A stretch of DNA of 64,000 bases from Octopus sinensis (lineage: Eukaryota). The notes below the pieces were generated by a model. The model had not been told where the DNA came from and did not search any database. It saw only the letters and a program-made list of their open reading frames with translations. The stretch is taken from the NCBI RefSeq assembly GCF_006345805.1, contig NC_043004.1, positions 93,248,001 through 93,312,000 on the forward strand, read 5' to 3'. This document shows, piece after piece, positions 38,148 through 50,568 of the stretch (position 1 is the first letter of the stretch; every line of letters starts with the position of its first letter). The position numbers and the translations under genes were made by a program.

Positions 38148-39639
38148 AAAAAGAAAGACAGACAGAGATTGAACTAAGTACCCCTGTATATACTGGTACT
38201 CTTTGTTTAATACTGATATAAAAACTAAAACCAATTTTATAGTGAAGTGAAGAAAAGGATATGGTTATGTGATGATCAAGCCCAAAACTTAGCTTTGTCT
38301 TTTTTTTTTGTCAAAGGACACAGTAAATATTTTGTTGAGGGTTTGAGTTTCTGACTCAGGCTCAGGACATCATATCAAAATGGGTATCTGATGAGCTTGC
38401 ATTTTGTTGTTGCAGTATAAGTAAAGCAGTGTCTATTTAGGAATTGGGACTAGACTTACCTTGATGCCAATAAGGGTTTCTAACACAACTACAAAGCCAC
38501 ACATTTTGATAGAAGGAATAAGGAAACAGGGCGATGAAACTACCACCAATATTTTGATTAATGTTTATTTTATCAACTCCTCCATCCAGGAAGATAAAAG
38601 GTACTGCTAACCTCAATCAGATATGAAAATGGAATGTGAAGAAATGTAGCTAAACACCACATGTCTGGCATTTACCTAATTGTGCCAATTTTCCGTTTTC
38701 TTGACAGCAATAGCAATGAGTGCCATTCAAACAGTCCTCTTTGTCTGATTAACCTATGATCACCATGTGAAGAGCTAACCCTTACATAACTGCTTGACCT
38801 GCCTGAATCAGCAATCCAGTCTCCTTGAAATAATGATGCTCTATGATCTTAACCCGAAGTTTCAAGAGACAAATGTAGTTCTAAGTGGGCCAGTCACAAC
38901 TGGATTGCATTTGATCATAGATCTGTTGGATCAGGACTTACTTAGGGCTAAACATCAACTGGCATACAGAAAAAGACTGGACAACGACAAGAGTACAACA
39001 TACACAGGCTGTAACTTCACATCACAAAATTAACAATTGCATATTGAATGTACAATTTGGTTTTGGTTTAGCATACTTGGAACTTTTAACTTGCAGATCA
39101 CATCTTATACTTGGGTTGACTATTAACATGTTATAGGTTTACTTAGTCAGATTACAAACGAGAATGACAGCCATTTGAAAATATAAAAATTATTTGTCAT
39201 GTAAAATGCATCCAGTCTACACTGTAAAGTGGCTGGTATTTGGAAGGGCATCCAGCTATAAAAACCATGCTAAAACTGACCTCACCTGTACTGGTGTCAT
39301 GTAAAATGCACCCCATCCACTTTGTGGGGTGGTTGATGTAAGGAAAGGCATCCAACTGTAAAAACCATGCCAAAACAGACACTGAAGCCTGGTGCAGTCT
39401 TCTGTCAAGCCAGCTCCTGTCAAACCATCCAACTCATGCCAGCATGGAAAGCAGATGTTAAATGATGATGATATAAAAGTAACTGAATCGATTACATCAC
39501 TGAGGAGTCATGATAGCCATTCAAAAGACATACACACACCTTTGTTTTTGTCAGTCTTGTCCTCCTTAACATCAAAAGAAACATAATTACTACGCATACC
39601 AAGAAAACTTTATTGCACCTCATTCCCTCACTAAAATAC

Positions 39640-40130
39640 AAGGCATGTGCAACCTACAGCCCTCACAATTTGCTTCAAATGCAGGCCTCATCATAATCGA
39701 GGATCACTTGGTGAATGCACAAAGCTAAGTCTGCATCTCAAAGACTACGAGCCTTTCTCTTCAAGGCCAGGAAAAACTTTAGTTCGTAATAATTACTAAC
39801 TCTTTAGAAAGTACAAGTGAGACCCACAACTGAGTACTGCAGCCACATTTGGAATAACAGACACGTCCTCACACCACACACAGAAAGACGCCACTCATTT
39901 GAGTGACAAGAAAATTTTCACAAACGTAGTTTCCTGTCTTTTCTAGTGGTACTACAATGGCCACCACAGCACTCTCCCCTCTTATCACCTATAGTATCCA
40001 CTCAACCCCACTCTAAACACCATGCTTAATCCGTTTCTCTCAAATATCAACCTTTGGTTTTCGTCTCACTACGTCTTTCCTGCCAATCAACGAAAGCCAA
40101 GTTTTAGAGAGCTTACGAAAAGCCACGGGC
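39640..40130 (+). mobile_element. Decayed CR1-clade LINE, RT C-terminal region
   Basis: Reads AFLFKARKNFSS**LLTL*KVQVRPTTEYCSHIWN, matching the typical LYK.QVRP.MEYCSHIW motif. Confidence 0.55.
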
Positions 40131-41974
40131 ACTGACTGAACTCGTATCGTCCCCTCTTTTTCTCAACCTCATGGGTTAATAAAGAAATTGACTAAACTAA
40201 TAAGAAAATTGTGATGGTAATATATTTTAGTGTTACTAACACATTTCGACCTCAGATCAAGTCACTTGTAAACAAGTACAACTCCGTAACAACTAGATAT
40301 ATTTTAATGAAGTCACAATTTTTTTCTTCTTTTACAGAGATATGAAAGCATATTTTTTTTTTATAGAGCTATGAAAAACATTTCTTTTACTAGTTCCTTT
40401 CTTATTAGTACCTTATTTCCGATTTAAAGGGAAACTTCTTTTAACCTTAGGGGTTGTGGTGTATGAAGTTCGATGTGCATGTTTAGGGTTTTAAATGTTT
40501 ACATGACACAAGCAGGAGAGGCGGAGTCTTTCCTCTCTCACCCCACGTCACGATTTACAAAGTGTAAACTTCGTTTCACCGGAAACATACTGAATATATC
40601 AAGTATTATTCTATCATTCGTAGGGGTGTGTCCTAAGTTGACAACGCTTGTTTAAGGTTTAAGGAGGATACGAAACTTGAGATTTATCTAATATTGTTTT
40701 GAGTTCAAAGTCAATCGGAATCGATAAAAAAAATATATCCAAAGGTGTAGTTACGTATATACTACAACCGACTTCATTGAGTTAGATACTCTTTCTTTGT
40801 CAATATCTATATCGGCTTTAGGAAAGAACAATCATTATTATTCCATATCATTCTCAAACCTTCCATTAATAATAATAATAATAATAAATTAATAACAGTA
40901 ATGATTTCTTACATAGGCACGTTTTATGTGAGGAGGGGAAGAACGTCATTTAAATCGACCTCAAAAGCAACAAGCTGATATATTTAATCACTGAATGAGG
41001 CGCAATGGCGACAAACTAAACTATTAAAAAAAAATGTGTAAACTGCGAGTTTATATATTATCTATTATTACTGTTTTTGTTAGGCATTCGTTCCTTCATT
41101 GTAGTTTTCCGTTTGTTTAAGTTACTCTGTATTGATGTCAGCTACCTGGGAAACTAAATAGAGTTGACAATAGAAATATATATCTATATATATATATATG
41201 TGTGTGTGTGTATATGCCTGTGGTTGTTCTTCTACTCATGTTATTTAATATTTACTTATCTTTTTCTTTAGTTATAAATACACACACACAGAATTTTGCA
41301 GTTGTTTTAACTCCAGTAGTTTACTACATACGTAAGTAAGTGTGCAAGCGTGTGAATGCTTATGAATAGATAGATAGATGGGTGTCCAAGTAATACTACT
41401 CCTAAAAGGCCACCTAAAAAAGAAAAGTTGAAGATCTTTAAATCATAATCACTGTCTTCACCTTTCAAGCATTCAGACATATTGTGTGACTGTATGTGTC
41501 CAAAAACTGGCGTAGGTAGTTCATGTGAATCTTGTATGGAGAGAGTTAAACGACAGTTCCTGGTTGGTGTGTATGCGTGTTATTTAGGAACGTATATAAC
41601 AGTTCCTAACTTTACACAAATACATATACATTTAGATAGACCCATATTTTCAGAAATATACAAACTCATATATGTTTGACATGTGTATATATATTTACGT
41701 AGGTACGTGTGTGTGTGTGTGTATATATATATATCTATAACTATGTATAACATTACATTTTCACTACCATTAACAGGGAAATATCCGTACCTGCATATTG
41801 CTCACACTGATATATATATATTTACATATATATATGTATATATATGTCAAACCCCTAAAGTTATATAATTAGGATATTAAATTTATTGTAAACAGAATTT
41901 TTAAAAATCAAAATTTGCAAACAAAACAGAAGTAAACGAAAGAATTAAGAATGCAGATACAAACGTGTATATGC

Positions 41975-42022
<48 letters not shown>

Positions 42023-42148
42023 ACACACATGCACAAATAAGATAGTTATATATACAATAAACATCAAATTAATCGCTATTTTGTTCATTTTTATAAAAAA
42101 TAGTTTCCAAAGTAAAGTAGAGATAGCGAAAGAGGATGAAAAGCTCAC

Positions 42149-42443
42149 CTGCTTCGTGCCGCACAATAACTTCTTGGTTCTCGTCTTCAAGTACTTCTGT
42201 GAGGATCGAAACAGCGTAATCGTCCTGCATTTGGCCAAGACAGTAAGCTAGTTCGTGTTTCAACAGTGCCGAAGGGTCGGAGAAAGTACCTGCAATTGCA
42301 TTGATGGCTTTCTTTCCACCAAGATTGCGAAGAGTAAACAAGGCTCGAAATCGTTCTGTGAGCGGTTGGTTCTGATCGCGCAGCACGGAGGCGATCTGTG
42401 ATATGGAATCGTTGGAATTTCGCATTCTTTCAATGGCTGCCAT
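42149..42443 (-). CDS. DOHH: Deoxyhypusine hydroxylase, coding exon 1 (aa 1-99)
   Basis: Translates MAAIERMRNS...RFRALFTLRNLGG...SALLKHELAYCLGQMQD...VRHEAG, the DOHH HEAT-repeat motifs with His63-Glu64 and His96-Glu97. Start context caaacATGG. Ends at donor G|GTGAGC (phase 1, 295 nt). Confidence 0.97.
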
Positions 42444-42490
42444 GTTTGTCTCGCACGTGTTGTCACATTGAGAGCAAGGGGCGGGTAATT
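42444..42490 (-). promoter_or_regulatory. Putative DOHH proximal promoter/5' UTR with E-box (42454-42459) and GC box (42478-42485)
   Basis: CACGTG lies 10 nt upstream of the ATG and GGGGCGGG about 35 nt upstream. The region is locally CpG-enriched, with a long poly(dA:dT) tract at 42522-42582. Confidence 0.5.
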
Positions 42491-43134
42491 CATACTGTCT
42501 TCATTCTAACACCATCGCCTTAATTTTTTTTTTATCTTTCCTTTTCTGTTCTTTTCTTTTCTTTTCCATTTTTTTTTTTTTCAAACCAGAACTGATGGAA
42601 TAGCGTAAACCAGTGGAGGAGGCGTTGATAAGGGATATACGATATATCCCATGTAGCAATGGATTGTATCTAGTTAGGCTTTGAGTTCAAAACTCCTAAA
42701 AGATCCCCCCCTTTTTTTTTTCTTTTTATTTTCTCAAGTTAATAAAGTGCTGACATCGATTTAACCAACTACAAGACCTCTTAAAAAAAAATTTGTAGTC
42801 TTGTATCTTATGTTAGAAAATTTTTTATTTTTCTGCACTAGACGACATGATCGTTAGATCTACAGATAACATCATACGCACAATTCGGCGATCCTTCGGA
42901 GATGGTCTCACAAAACTGAAACTATTCGTTTATTTCCGTAATTTTTTTTTATTTCTTTAATTTCTTTTAGTTGAACAATGAAAAACACGGTCGCACATTC
43001 ACTCGCATATACGTGCAATCATTGTCTTTCATGTCGACGAGCGAGTTGAACTGTAAAACAGACTCCAACGCATACTCACTCACATTCACACATACATACA
43101 TACATACACATACATGTTTTCGCGAATCGCTTTT

Positions 43135-43290
43135 CAAATTCCGCCGAGGTTGACTTTGCCTTTCATCCTTTCGGGGTCGCTAAATAAAGTACCATTTACA
43201 CACTGGGGTCGATGTAATTGACTTAATCCCTTTGTCTGTCTTTGTTTGTCCCCTCTATGTATAGCCCGTTGTGGGCAATAAAGAAATATA
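43135..43290 (+). mobile_element. 5'-truncated SINE family A
   Basis: ttcaaattccgccgaggttgactttgcc...gtgggcaataaagaaata. Confidence 0.8.
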
Positions 43291-43802
43291 TATTTATGTA
43301 TTTTTTGTATATACATATATTTCAGTGTATGTATGTATGTGTTTATGTGTATGCACGTCTATTTGTGTATATATGTGCATATATATTTTTGGATGTAAGT
43401 ATATGTATGTATGTGTTCATGTCCATGTATGTAAATTTGTGTGTGTGTGTTATTAATCCGTATGTGAGCTGAAAAAAAAACATTACGGAAATTGCTGAAC
43501 AAATACTTTCAGTTTTGTGAAACCATCTCCGAAAGGATCGCCGCTCTATTTAGTTAGGTCCCCTCATGTTCTGACTTAAAATACCCGCCGATGTCGATTA
43601 TATCAATCAGGTCTTGAGGCCAAGAAAATCGTCTGTACTCCCCCTTCTCACTCAAAACTACATTGTACCTTTATTGAAAATCGTTATATTTTCGGTATAG
43701 AGGCGACTTTGCTAAATAGTCAGTAGCTGAAAGAAGCTCTACCTCTCAATCTCACTGGTTTCGGAGGTATGTGAAGGCTATTAATATAACCTGGCATACT
43801 TA

Positions 43803-44467
43803 CACAAGTGTTCGCCACCTCGACTTTGTTTCCTCATAACTTCCAAAAAAACGAATATTTTTTTAATGACTTTTCTATAAATGCGCTTCAGATGATGTAG
43901 ATTCCGAGTATATAGGAATTTGTTATGAAAAAGTATTTTCTAGGGTAGTGAGAGGAGTTGTGAAAATTCCCTAATGCCGGTTTTGTTTCCTCATAACTTT
44001 CTGAAAAAAATGGATATTATTTTTCTGAAATTTTCTACAAATACACTTCAGATGGTGTAGATTAGGATTATATCGAAGTTTAGAGTAAAAAATAAAATTG
44101 CTGGGCAGGTGCACATACATACTGACACACATCACAATTTTTCTTGAAATTTCAAGTTGCATTATGTAGATATCTGTGATGTGTGTCAGTGTGTACGTGC
44201 CTAATTTTTTTTTTTTTTCATATTAAATTCCGATGTAGTTGTAATCTACACCATCTGAAAAGTAATTTCGGAAAATTTTATCAAAAGAATATCCATTTTT
44301 CGGAAAGATATGAGGAAACCAAGCAAACTCGTGTGAATCTGCTACTCTACCATCAGAAAACGGGCGAAATTTTCTACAAATACACTTTAGATGGTGTTGA
44401 TGCAGATTTAATCGAAATTCTGGAAGTTATGAGGAGAGAAAGTCAGTAGAAGGAAGGCACACTTGTG
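43803..44467. mobile_element. Modular foldback element (whole-length imperfect palindrome)
   Basis: Ends CACAAGTG / CACTTGTG. Each arm carries tttcctcataact...cagatggtgtagatt modules. Central arms gcacatacatactgacacacatcaca / tgtgatgtgtgtcagtgtgtacgtgc surround ~44155. Confidence 0.75.
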
Positions 44468-44596
44468 GAGGGGATATGTCACATAATCTTTTCCTTCAGA
44501 CTAAACTAATTAATAATATCTCACAATTCAATACTAGTTTGTGAATTCAAATCAACTGCAAATATTTCTGGAACAGAACACTTTCGTGTGACAGAA

Positions 44597-44915
44597 AGAG
44601 ATGGTTATCAACCACCTCACCAACAACAACACTGAACACCTTTTTGATCTCCATGTGTCTAACACACGTGGACATGCCTACAAAGTCAGAAAACAACACA
44701 GCTCCCATAACTTTCGGAAACATTTTTTCACGCTCAGAGTTGCTGAAGCATGGAATAAACTGCCTGCGTCAGTTGTTGACTGCCATGACACTGCATCCTT
44801 TAAGGCCCTCATGCTTTCCGAAATCCGCCGAAACTACACCTGATTATATATACACTTTAGATGAGTTGTAGTGCACCTGAGCACTGTACACAATTATTAT
44901 TATTATTATTATTAT
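44597..44915 (+). mobile_element. CR1 LINE 3' end with (TAT)n tail
   Basis: TRGHAYKVRKQHSSHNFRKHFFTLRVAEAWNKLPASVV...FK, a classic CR1 C-terminus. Confidence 0.85.
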
Positions 44916-45469
44916 TTTTATACCGAAATACCGAGTTAATTGTGAATGTTTTCTGCAGTAGATTGGTACCCTCTCTACTCTAATACCGCCTTAAGGCATG
45001 GGCACACTGTATAGTTGCCCAGGGACCCTGTGGGTCTAGGAGCCAAATGCTGATTTATGTATGCTTTACTTTGTTGTCAATAAATAAATGCTATAGGGTC
45101 CAGAATATTGATTTCTCCGGGGCCTACAATGCTGCTAAGATGTTCTGTTCCTGTTCTACTCCTCACGAAACGAACAACTCAAGCTGCTTTCAAAACAAGA
45201 CTCCCTCTCCGGTAGATTAACAATGATTCAATATCCAACACACTGCAATCATTGGCTAACACCATTTTCTTCACTGTGCTACAATTATTACTACAACGTG
45301 TGTGCCCCTGAAGAAGCTAGCTGTATACTCTCTACACTCAAGACCAGCCGACTTTCTTCATCCTCTTACTGTGTCGTATTCTTAATGAGTCTCTTCTCAT
45401 CTCATAAATACTCTCTTGCTAGAAATACTAGTCATGAGGTGCACCAGTGTATTTCTTGTGGTTGTATTG

Positions 45470-45664
45470 TGTTGTTGGCTGCGTATAAGTGATGAACAAC
45501 AAACGTGAACAATTAACAGAAGCTTTATTTACTGCATACAGTATTTTCCATGTCGGTCTTTGAATGAAGAATACAAACAATAGTTTATACACATTGGGCG
45601 AGACAAACGTTTGTAGTTATAACAAAATAGCTGGCTCATATAGCTCCGTGACTACGCTGTCACA
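45470..45664 (-). mobile_element. Probable solo LTR (195 bp)
   Basis: The minus strand begins TGTGACAG, ends CCAACAACA and contains AATAAA. Flanks attg/actg give a 4 bp TSD with one mismatch. Confidence 0.5.
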
Positions 45665-45739
45665 ACTGGAGAAATATGCTAAATTCATGGTGGCAAATCT
45701 GCAGTTTACATTTTGTTCGACTGGAGAAGAGAAAAATGG

Positions 45740-46303
45740 ATTTCAAATTTTGGCACAAAGCCAGCAATTTTGGGGAGTGGGTAAGTCGATTGCATCGACC
45801 CCAGTGCTTGACCGATACTAATTTTATCGACTCCGAAAAGATGAAAGGCAAAGTTGACCTCGACGGAATTTGAACTCAGAACATAAAGATAGAAGAAATG
45901 CCGCTAAGCATTTCGTCTGGCGTGCTAACGATTCTTTTCTACTCTAGGCTCAAGGACCGAAATTTTGGGGTAGAGGGCAACTGGTACTTAACTTATCGAT
46001 CCCGAAAGGATGAAAGACAAAGTCAAACCTCAACGGAATCTGAACTCAGAACGTAAAAACAGGTGAAATACTGATTTCTTTACTACCCACAAGTGGCTAA
46101 ACACAGAGAGGACAAACAAGGACAGACATATGGATTAAGTCGATTATATCGACTCCAGTGCGTAACTGGTACTTAATTTATCGACCCCGAAAGGATGAAA
46201 TGCAAAGTCGACCTCGGCGGAATTTGAACTCAGAACGTAGCGGCAGGCGAAATACCGCTAAGCATTTCGCCCGGCATGCTAACGATTCTGCCAGCTCGCC
46301 GCC
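45740..46303 (-). mobile_element. Cluster of three SINE family A copies (full copy 46072-46303)
   Basis: The core gaccccgaaaggatgaaa..aaagtcgacctcggcggaatttgaactcagaac occurs three times. Confidence 0.85.
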
Positions 46304-46376
46304 TTAAGGAGAAAAGAAATATGAGTAGGAAGTTGTTAACACAACTGTTTGGTATGCTGTTCAAGAATGTGGTTGT

Positions 46377-46881
46377 CAACGCGACGGTCTCCAACACTGA
46401 AGTATAGCGCCAAAAGTTCATCATTTTATAAACCTCGTTAGAAGGCTGTCTAGAAGATTCTGTAACACTGGAGTGTAACAGGTTTTTAGAATCCCAGAGC
46501 GTTGAACTCACTTTTGAGTTAGCTACTTTCCCACAGAATTCTTTGGAACTGAACTAATTTTAGAGACCATTGATCTTCAGGAGTTGAAAATCATTTCTTG
46601 ACACGCCTATCGTTTCGGTGTTTATTCATTTCATCAATAGTTGTTGAACAAAATACAGTTGCTCGATTAACCATACAATATATAGCAGCTGTTGTCATCA
46701 CACATGATTTGTATAGAATTGACCGAAAACAATCAAAGAATCGAAACGGTTACTTTATACACCGTTTCTGTTTATCCAATTACTCAATTTCAATTACAAC
46801 GCGACGGTCTCCAACACTGGAGTATAGCGCTAAAAGTTCATCATTTTATAAGCCTCGTTAGAAGGATGTCTAGAAGATTCT
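46377..46881. repeat. 85 bp direct repeat pair (46377-46461, 46797-46881), period 420 bp
   Basis: caacgcgacggtctccaacactg...tctagaagattct; the two copies differ at 4 of 85 positions. Confidence 0.9.
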
Positions 46882-47488
46882 AGAAGGTCGAATCTTGTAA
46901 TGACTTGCTACTGACTGGTCAGTTAGTCGGCCGATCACGTTTAACGATTGTGGCAAAACCGTGACTTTTACTTGGCTATTCCAGCAATTCGGTTTCGAAT
47001 CTGCTACTCTACTTTCTACAATACCATTCCTCACCCATGTTTTCCTGAGAAGACTGGGTGTCAACCAAACCGATATTATAAGTTTTTGCCAGGCTATGGC
47101 AAAAATAAATTAAGATGCCACGCAGTGGGATTGAACCGAGACTTCATAGTTGCGAAGGAAACTTCTAAACCATGCATGGAAAAAGCTATCCAAATACAAA
47201 TTGGCGTTCGTTGATGAGTGGCGTGTTTTCATAATTGAAACAGCTGTAAGCTAATGGATACAATTACGTCACTGTTGTTATTTTGTCATTTATGAATTAA
47301 CATATGCTTATGAGGTGAGTGTCCAGATGAGTGAATCCACACTGCCTCACAGCCGTGACTTATAGGTGCCAGGCATTCTAAATGCACAATTATAATAGCC
47401 GGTGATATATGTGTGTGTGTGATGTGTGTGCGGTGCGTGTGTATTTGGCTGCGTATGAGTGTGTGTGTGGATATATGAGTGTGTTTGG

Positions 47489-47571
<83 letters not shown>
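47489..47571. repeat. Perfect (AGAT)n microsatellite, ~20 units
   Basis: Direct reading of the sequence. Confidence 0.95.
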
Positions 47572-48080
47572 CTGCAAATGAAATATGAACAAAAATAGAG
47601 CTGTCAATACAATTGTAGAGTAAAATATACATGTAGGTATAGGTATTATTAACGTACGAACTAACAGTCATTGATTTCAATGGTCTATACGTTAAAGTTA
47701 AAAACCGAATCAATGATTTGATAATATAAGAGCGCAATGACTTTCCACGAAGAAACAACATAAAAATTCGTGGGAAGTTACTAATCTTATATCGTCCAAT
47801 TATTGATTTTTAAAAAAAAATTCTTTCATGAAACTATTAGTAACGATTAGTAACGATGTGCTAGTACGTACACACATCATACATACATGTATACAGGCAC
47901 ACAAACTATTATATATGTCTGCATTTATGTGCAGAAATATGTATTATGTGACGACACCTCTAAATGAGACCCCAGTAAGATTGGAAAATCGATGAAGGCT
48001 ATCCATTTTCTTTTTGCTTTTCAATCTACAGAGAAGTGGTTAAATTTACCATGTTTGTATGTCTGCTGCGTAGGTTTATT

Positions 48081-48200
48081 TACAAGTGGAGTGCTGGAAA
48101 GTTCCTGGTTTGAGGTAAGAGAAAATACAGGAGGATCAGTAAATTTTGATTTTATTCAACATATTTCATCTTGACCTCAGACATTGCAGCGTTCATTCAG
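48081..48200 (+). mobile_element. Mariner-like terminal fragment
   Basis: TACAAGTGGAGTGCTGGAAAGTTCCTGG resembles mariner TIR ends (TACGAGGG.TGCTGAAAAGTTCC). Cut off by the Gypsy relic. Confidence 0.45.
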
Positions 48201-48204
48201 AAAT

Positions 48205-49085
48205 CTCTCCACTAATCCGTTGGCTTGTGGGTGGTAGGCTGTTGTGCGATTCATTGTGATTCCAAAAAAGTCATACATGTCATTCCACAGCTTTGAGGTG
48301 AATTGTGGACCCCAATCGGATGAGATGCTGTCTGGGACACCGAAACGGGAAACCCAGTTTGCGATGAAGGCTCGGCTGATGTCTTGTTTCAATGCTGCGG
48401 AGAAGGATAGCCTCAGGCCAACGGGTGTACCATGCCCACGAATTGGTGTAGAGCCTTGCTTGTGGTTCGGCGTGGAAAGGATAGGATAGCTTTCACTTTT
48501 TCTGGAAGTGGTGTAGCGCCGGCACTTTTGATTCGATGTTCCAAGAAGTCGATCTCTGTCACACCAAAAACGCACTTAGCGGTGTTGATTACTAAACCAC
48601 ACTGTTCCAGCCTATCAAAAAGAGCCACTAGGTTCTTCTTAAGTAGCTCCGCATTTTGACTTGCAATAAAGATCTCAACTAAGTATGCAAAGACAAAATC
48701 GAGACCTCTGCACACGGTGTCCATCAAGCGTTGGAAGGATTGTGATGCGTTTATCAGCCCAAAGGGTGTACGTAGGAATTCGTACAGACCAAAAGGAGTG
48801 ATAACAGCGGTTTTCGTTACATCGTCGTCTTGTACTGATATTTGGTGGTTAACCTTCGAGAAAACCGAGCACCCGGCTAGCTGGACTGAAAAATCCTGTA
48901 TGCCTAAAATGGGGTAGCGATCAGGTGTCGTATCTGCGCTGAGACGGCGGCAATCTTGCAAGGTCGATAGCCTCCGTTGGATTTTGGGGCCACATGTAGG
49001 GGTGACGATCAGGGACTGCTTGATTGGCGAACTATGCCCAATGTTTCTATATTGTCGAATTCAGCCTTTGCGAATTCGACAATAT
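48205..49085 (-). mobile_element. Gypsy LTR-retrotransposon pol relic: RT joined to integrase core
   Basis: RT EFDNIETLGIVRQSSSP*SSPLH..KTAVITPFGLYEFLRTPFGL..FQRLMD..AYLVEIFIAS (YxDD lost), then integrase WVSRFGVPDSISSDWGPQFTS..TTAYHPQANGLVERF. Confidence 0.9.
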
Positions 49086-49244
49086 GGAGTAGAATATGGT
49101 GTAGAAGAAATCGGAGACAGAGATAAGTAATTGATTTTGTTATTGTCTCTGATCTCTTCGATTCTGTACAGGATGTTCGTGTTTAAGAGAGGAGCTAAGC
49201 GGCCAATTGACCACCATCTGGTTATCTGAAATTTGAGATTGCCT

Positions 49245-50225
49245 AAAGCCAAGAAAATTCACAAAACTGGCACGTCTAAAATTAAGTCATGGGATGACTT
49301 CGGGGTTGAGTTCGAATCCGACTTTAGATCAGTAAATAAAGTATTCTGGCAGACCATATGCCGACTTCGTAATAAGAAGTCCCCTCCACACCTGCTATCA
49401 GGAACTTGTCTGGAGTCCTTGTCTCTGAAGAGAGGTGCATCTTCACGAGGAGGAGAGTATACTTTGCTGATCTCTTAAACCTGGTCACAATATCTTCTGA
49501 CGTACAGGAAATGCATCTAGGAGTGATGACTAACCTCTCGAAGACTAAGGTCACAAAAACAATTGAAGAGCTCAAATGTGGCAAGGCTCTATGGAGAGGA
49601 TGGAATTCGGCCCGAGATGTTAAGGACCTTAAACAGAGAAGATATTCTCTGGCTGACTTGTATGTACCAGGTGGCCTGGATCTCTGGAAAGACACCTAAG
49701 TAAAAGCAATAGGGAATTATCATCCAAATTTTCAAAAACGGTGACAAAAGAGATTTTCTAATTATAGAGGAATTAAGCTTTTCCTTGTTAAGCATCCTGG
49801 GTAAAGTCTCTGCTGGGTGTTTGTCAAAGAGATGCAGGGATATTGTGGAATCCAAGCTAGCTGGCGTATAGTGTGGTTTTCGCCCTGGACGCACCACAGC
49901 CGACCAAAATATTCAAACTGCGACAAGTCTTCGAGAAATCGTAGGAGTATGATCAAGAGATCTACGCTTGTTTCGTAGACCCTGAAAAGGCATAACAACC
50001 GCGTTTTACGGATTTGTTGTGGAGTTTCTGCAGGAATATGGTATCGATGGATAGCTTCTTGCTGTTTTGAAGTCTTGTACGAATACCCATATATTTGTGT
50101 TCGGATAAATGGTGCTAAGTCAAAACCATTCAATGTGGGTGTAGAACTTCACTAATGGTGTGTACTGTTACCTCTCCTGTTCATAATTATTATGGACAGA
50201 GACAAGCAGGTATAGGATCGATTGG
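49245..50225 (+). mobile_element. Decayed RTE-clade LINE, RT N-terminal half
   Basis: SWDDFGVEFESDFRSVNKVFWQTI, KCGKA, IIIQIFKNGDKRDFSNYRGIKL, GFRPGRTTADQ, DLRLFRRP(EKAY) and PLLFIIIMD segments, with frameshifts. Confidence 0.8.
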
Positions 50226-50257
50226 TTCGAATTTGCAAAGGACACAGTACTGCTCAA

Positions 50258-50568
50258 GTGGAGACACATGGCCTAGTGGTTAGAGCAGCGGACTCGTGGT
50301 CGAGGGATCGTGGGTCCGAATCTTAGACCGGGCGATGTGTGTGTTTATGAGCGAAACACCTAAGCTTCAAGCGGCTCCGGCAGAAGGTAATGGTGAACTT
50401 CTGCTGACTCTTTCGCCACATCTTTCTCTTACTCTTTCCTCCTGCATCTTGCAGCTCACCTGCGACGGACCGGCGTCCCGTCCAGGTGGGGAACCTATAC
50501 GCCAAGGAAACCGGGAAATCGGCCCTTATGAGCCAGACGTGGCTCGAGAAGGACGGAACAAACAAACG
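50258..50568 (+). mobile_element. tRNA-derived SINE with (ACAA)n tail and perfect 11 bp TSD
   Basis: A box TGGCCTAGTGG. GTACTGCTCAA at 50247-50257 and 50569-50579. Confidence 0.85.

Noticed and set aside
42069-42148. ORF extension ELFILFRYLYF... beyond HEAG
   Set aside because: Intron read-through past the GTGAGC donor; homology continues in exon 2.
42632-42650. 8 bp hairpin GGGATATA-cga-TATATCCC
   Set aside because: Short AT-rich stem expected by chance in 64 kb.
45300-45360. Possible hammerhead ribozyme core (CTGAAGA; also CTGATGA at ~38387)
   Set aside because: No GAAA after stem II and no closing stems.
46377-46881. Direct repeats considered as a CRISPR array
   Set aside because: Only two 85 bp units with a 335 bp spacer, in eukaryotic DNA with no cas genes.
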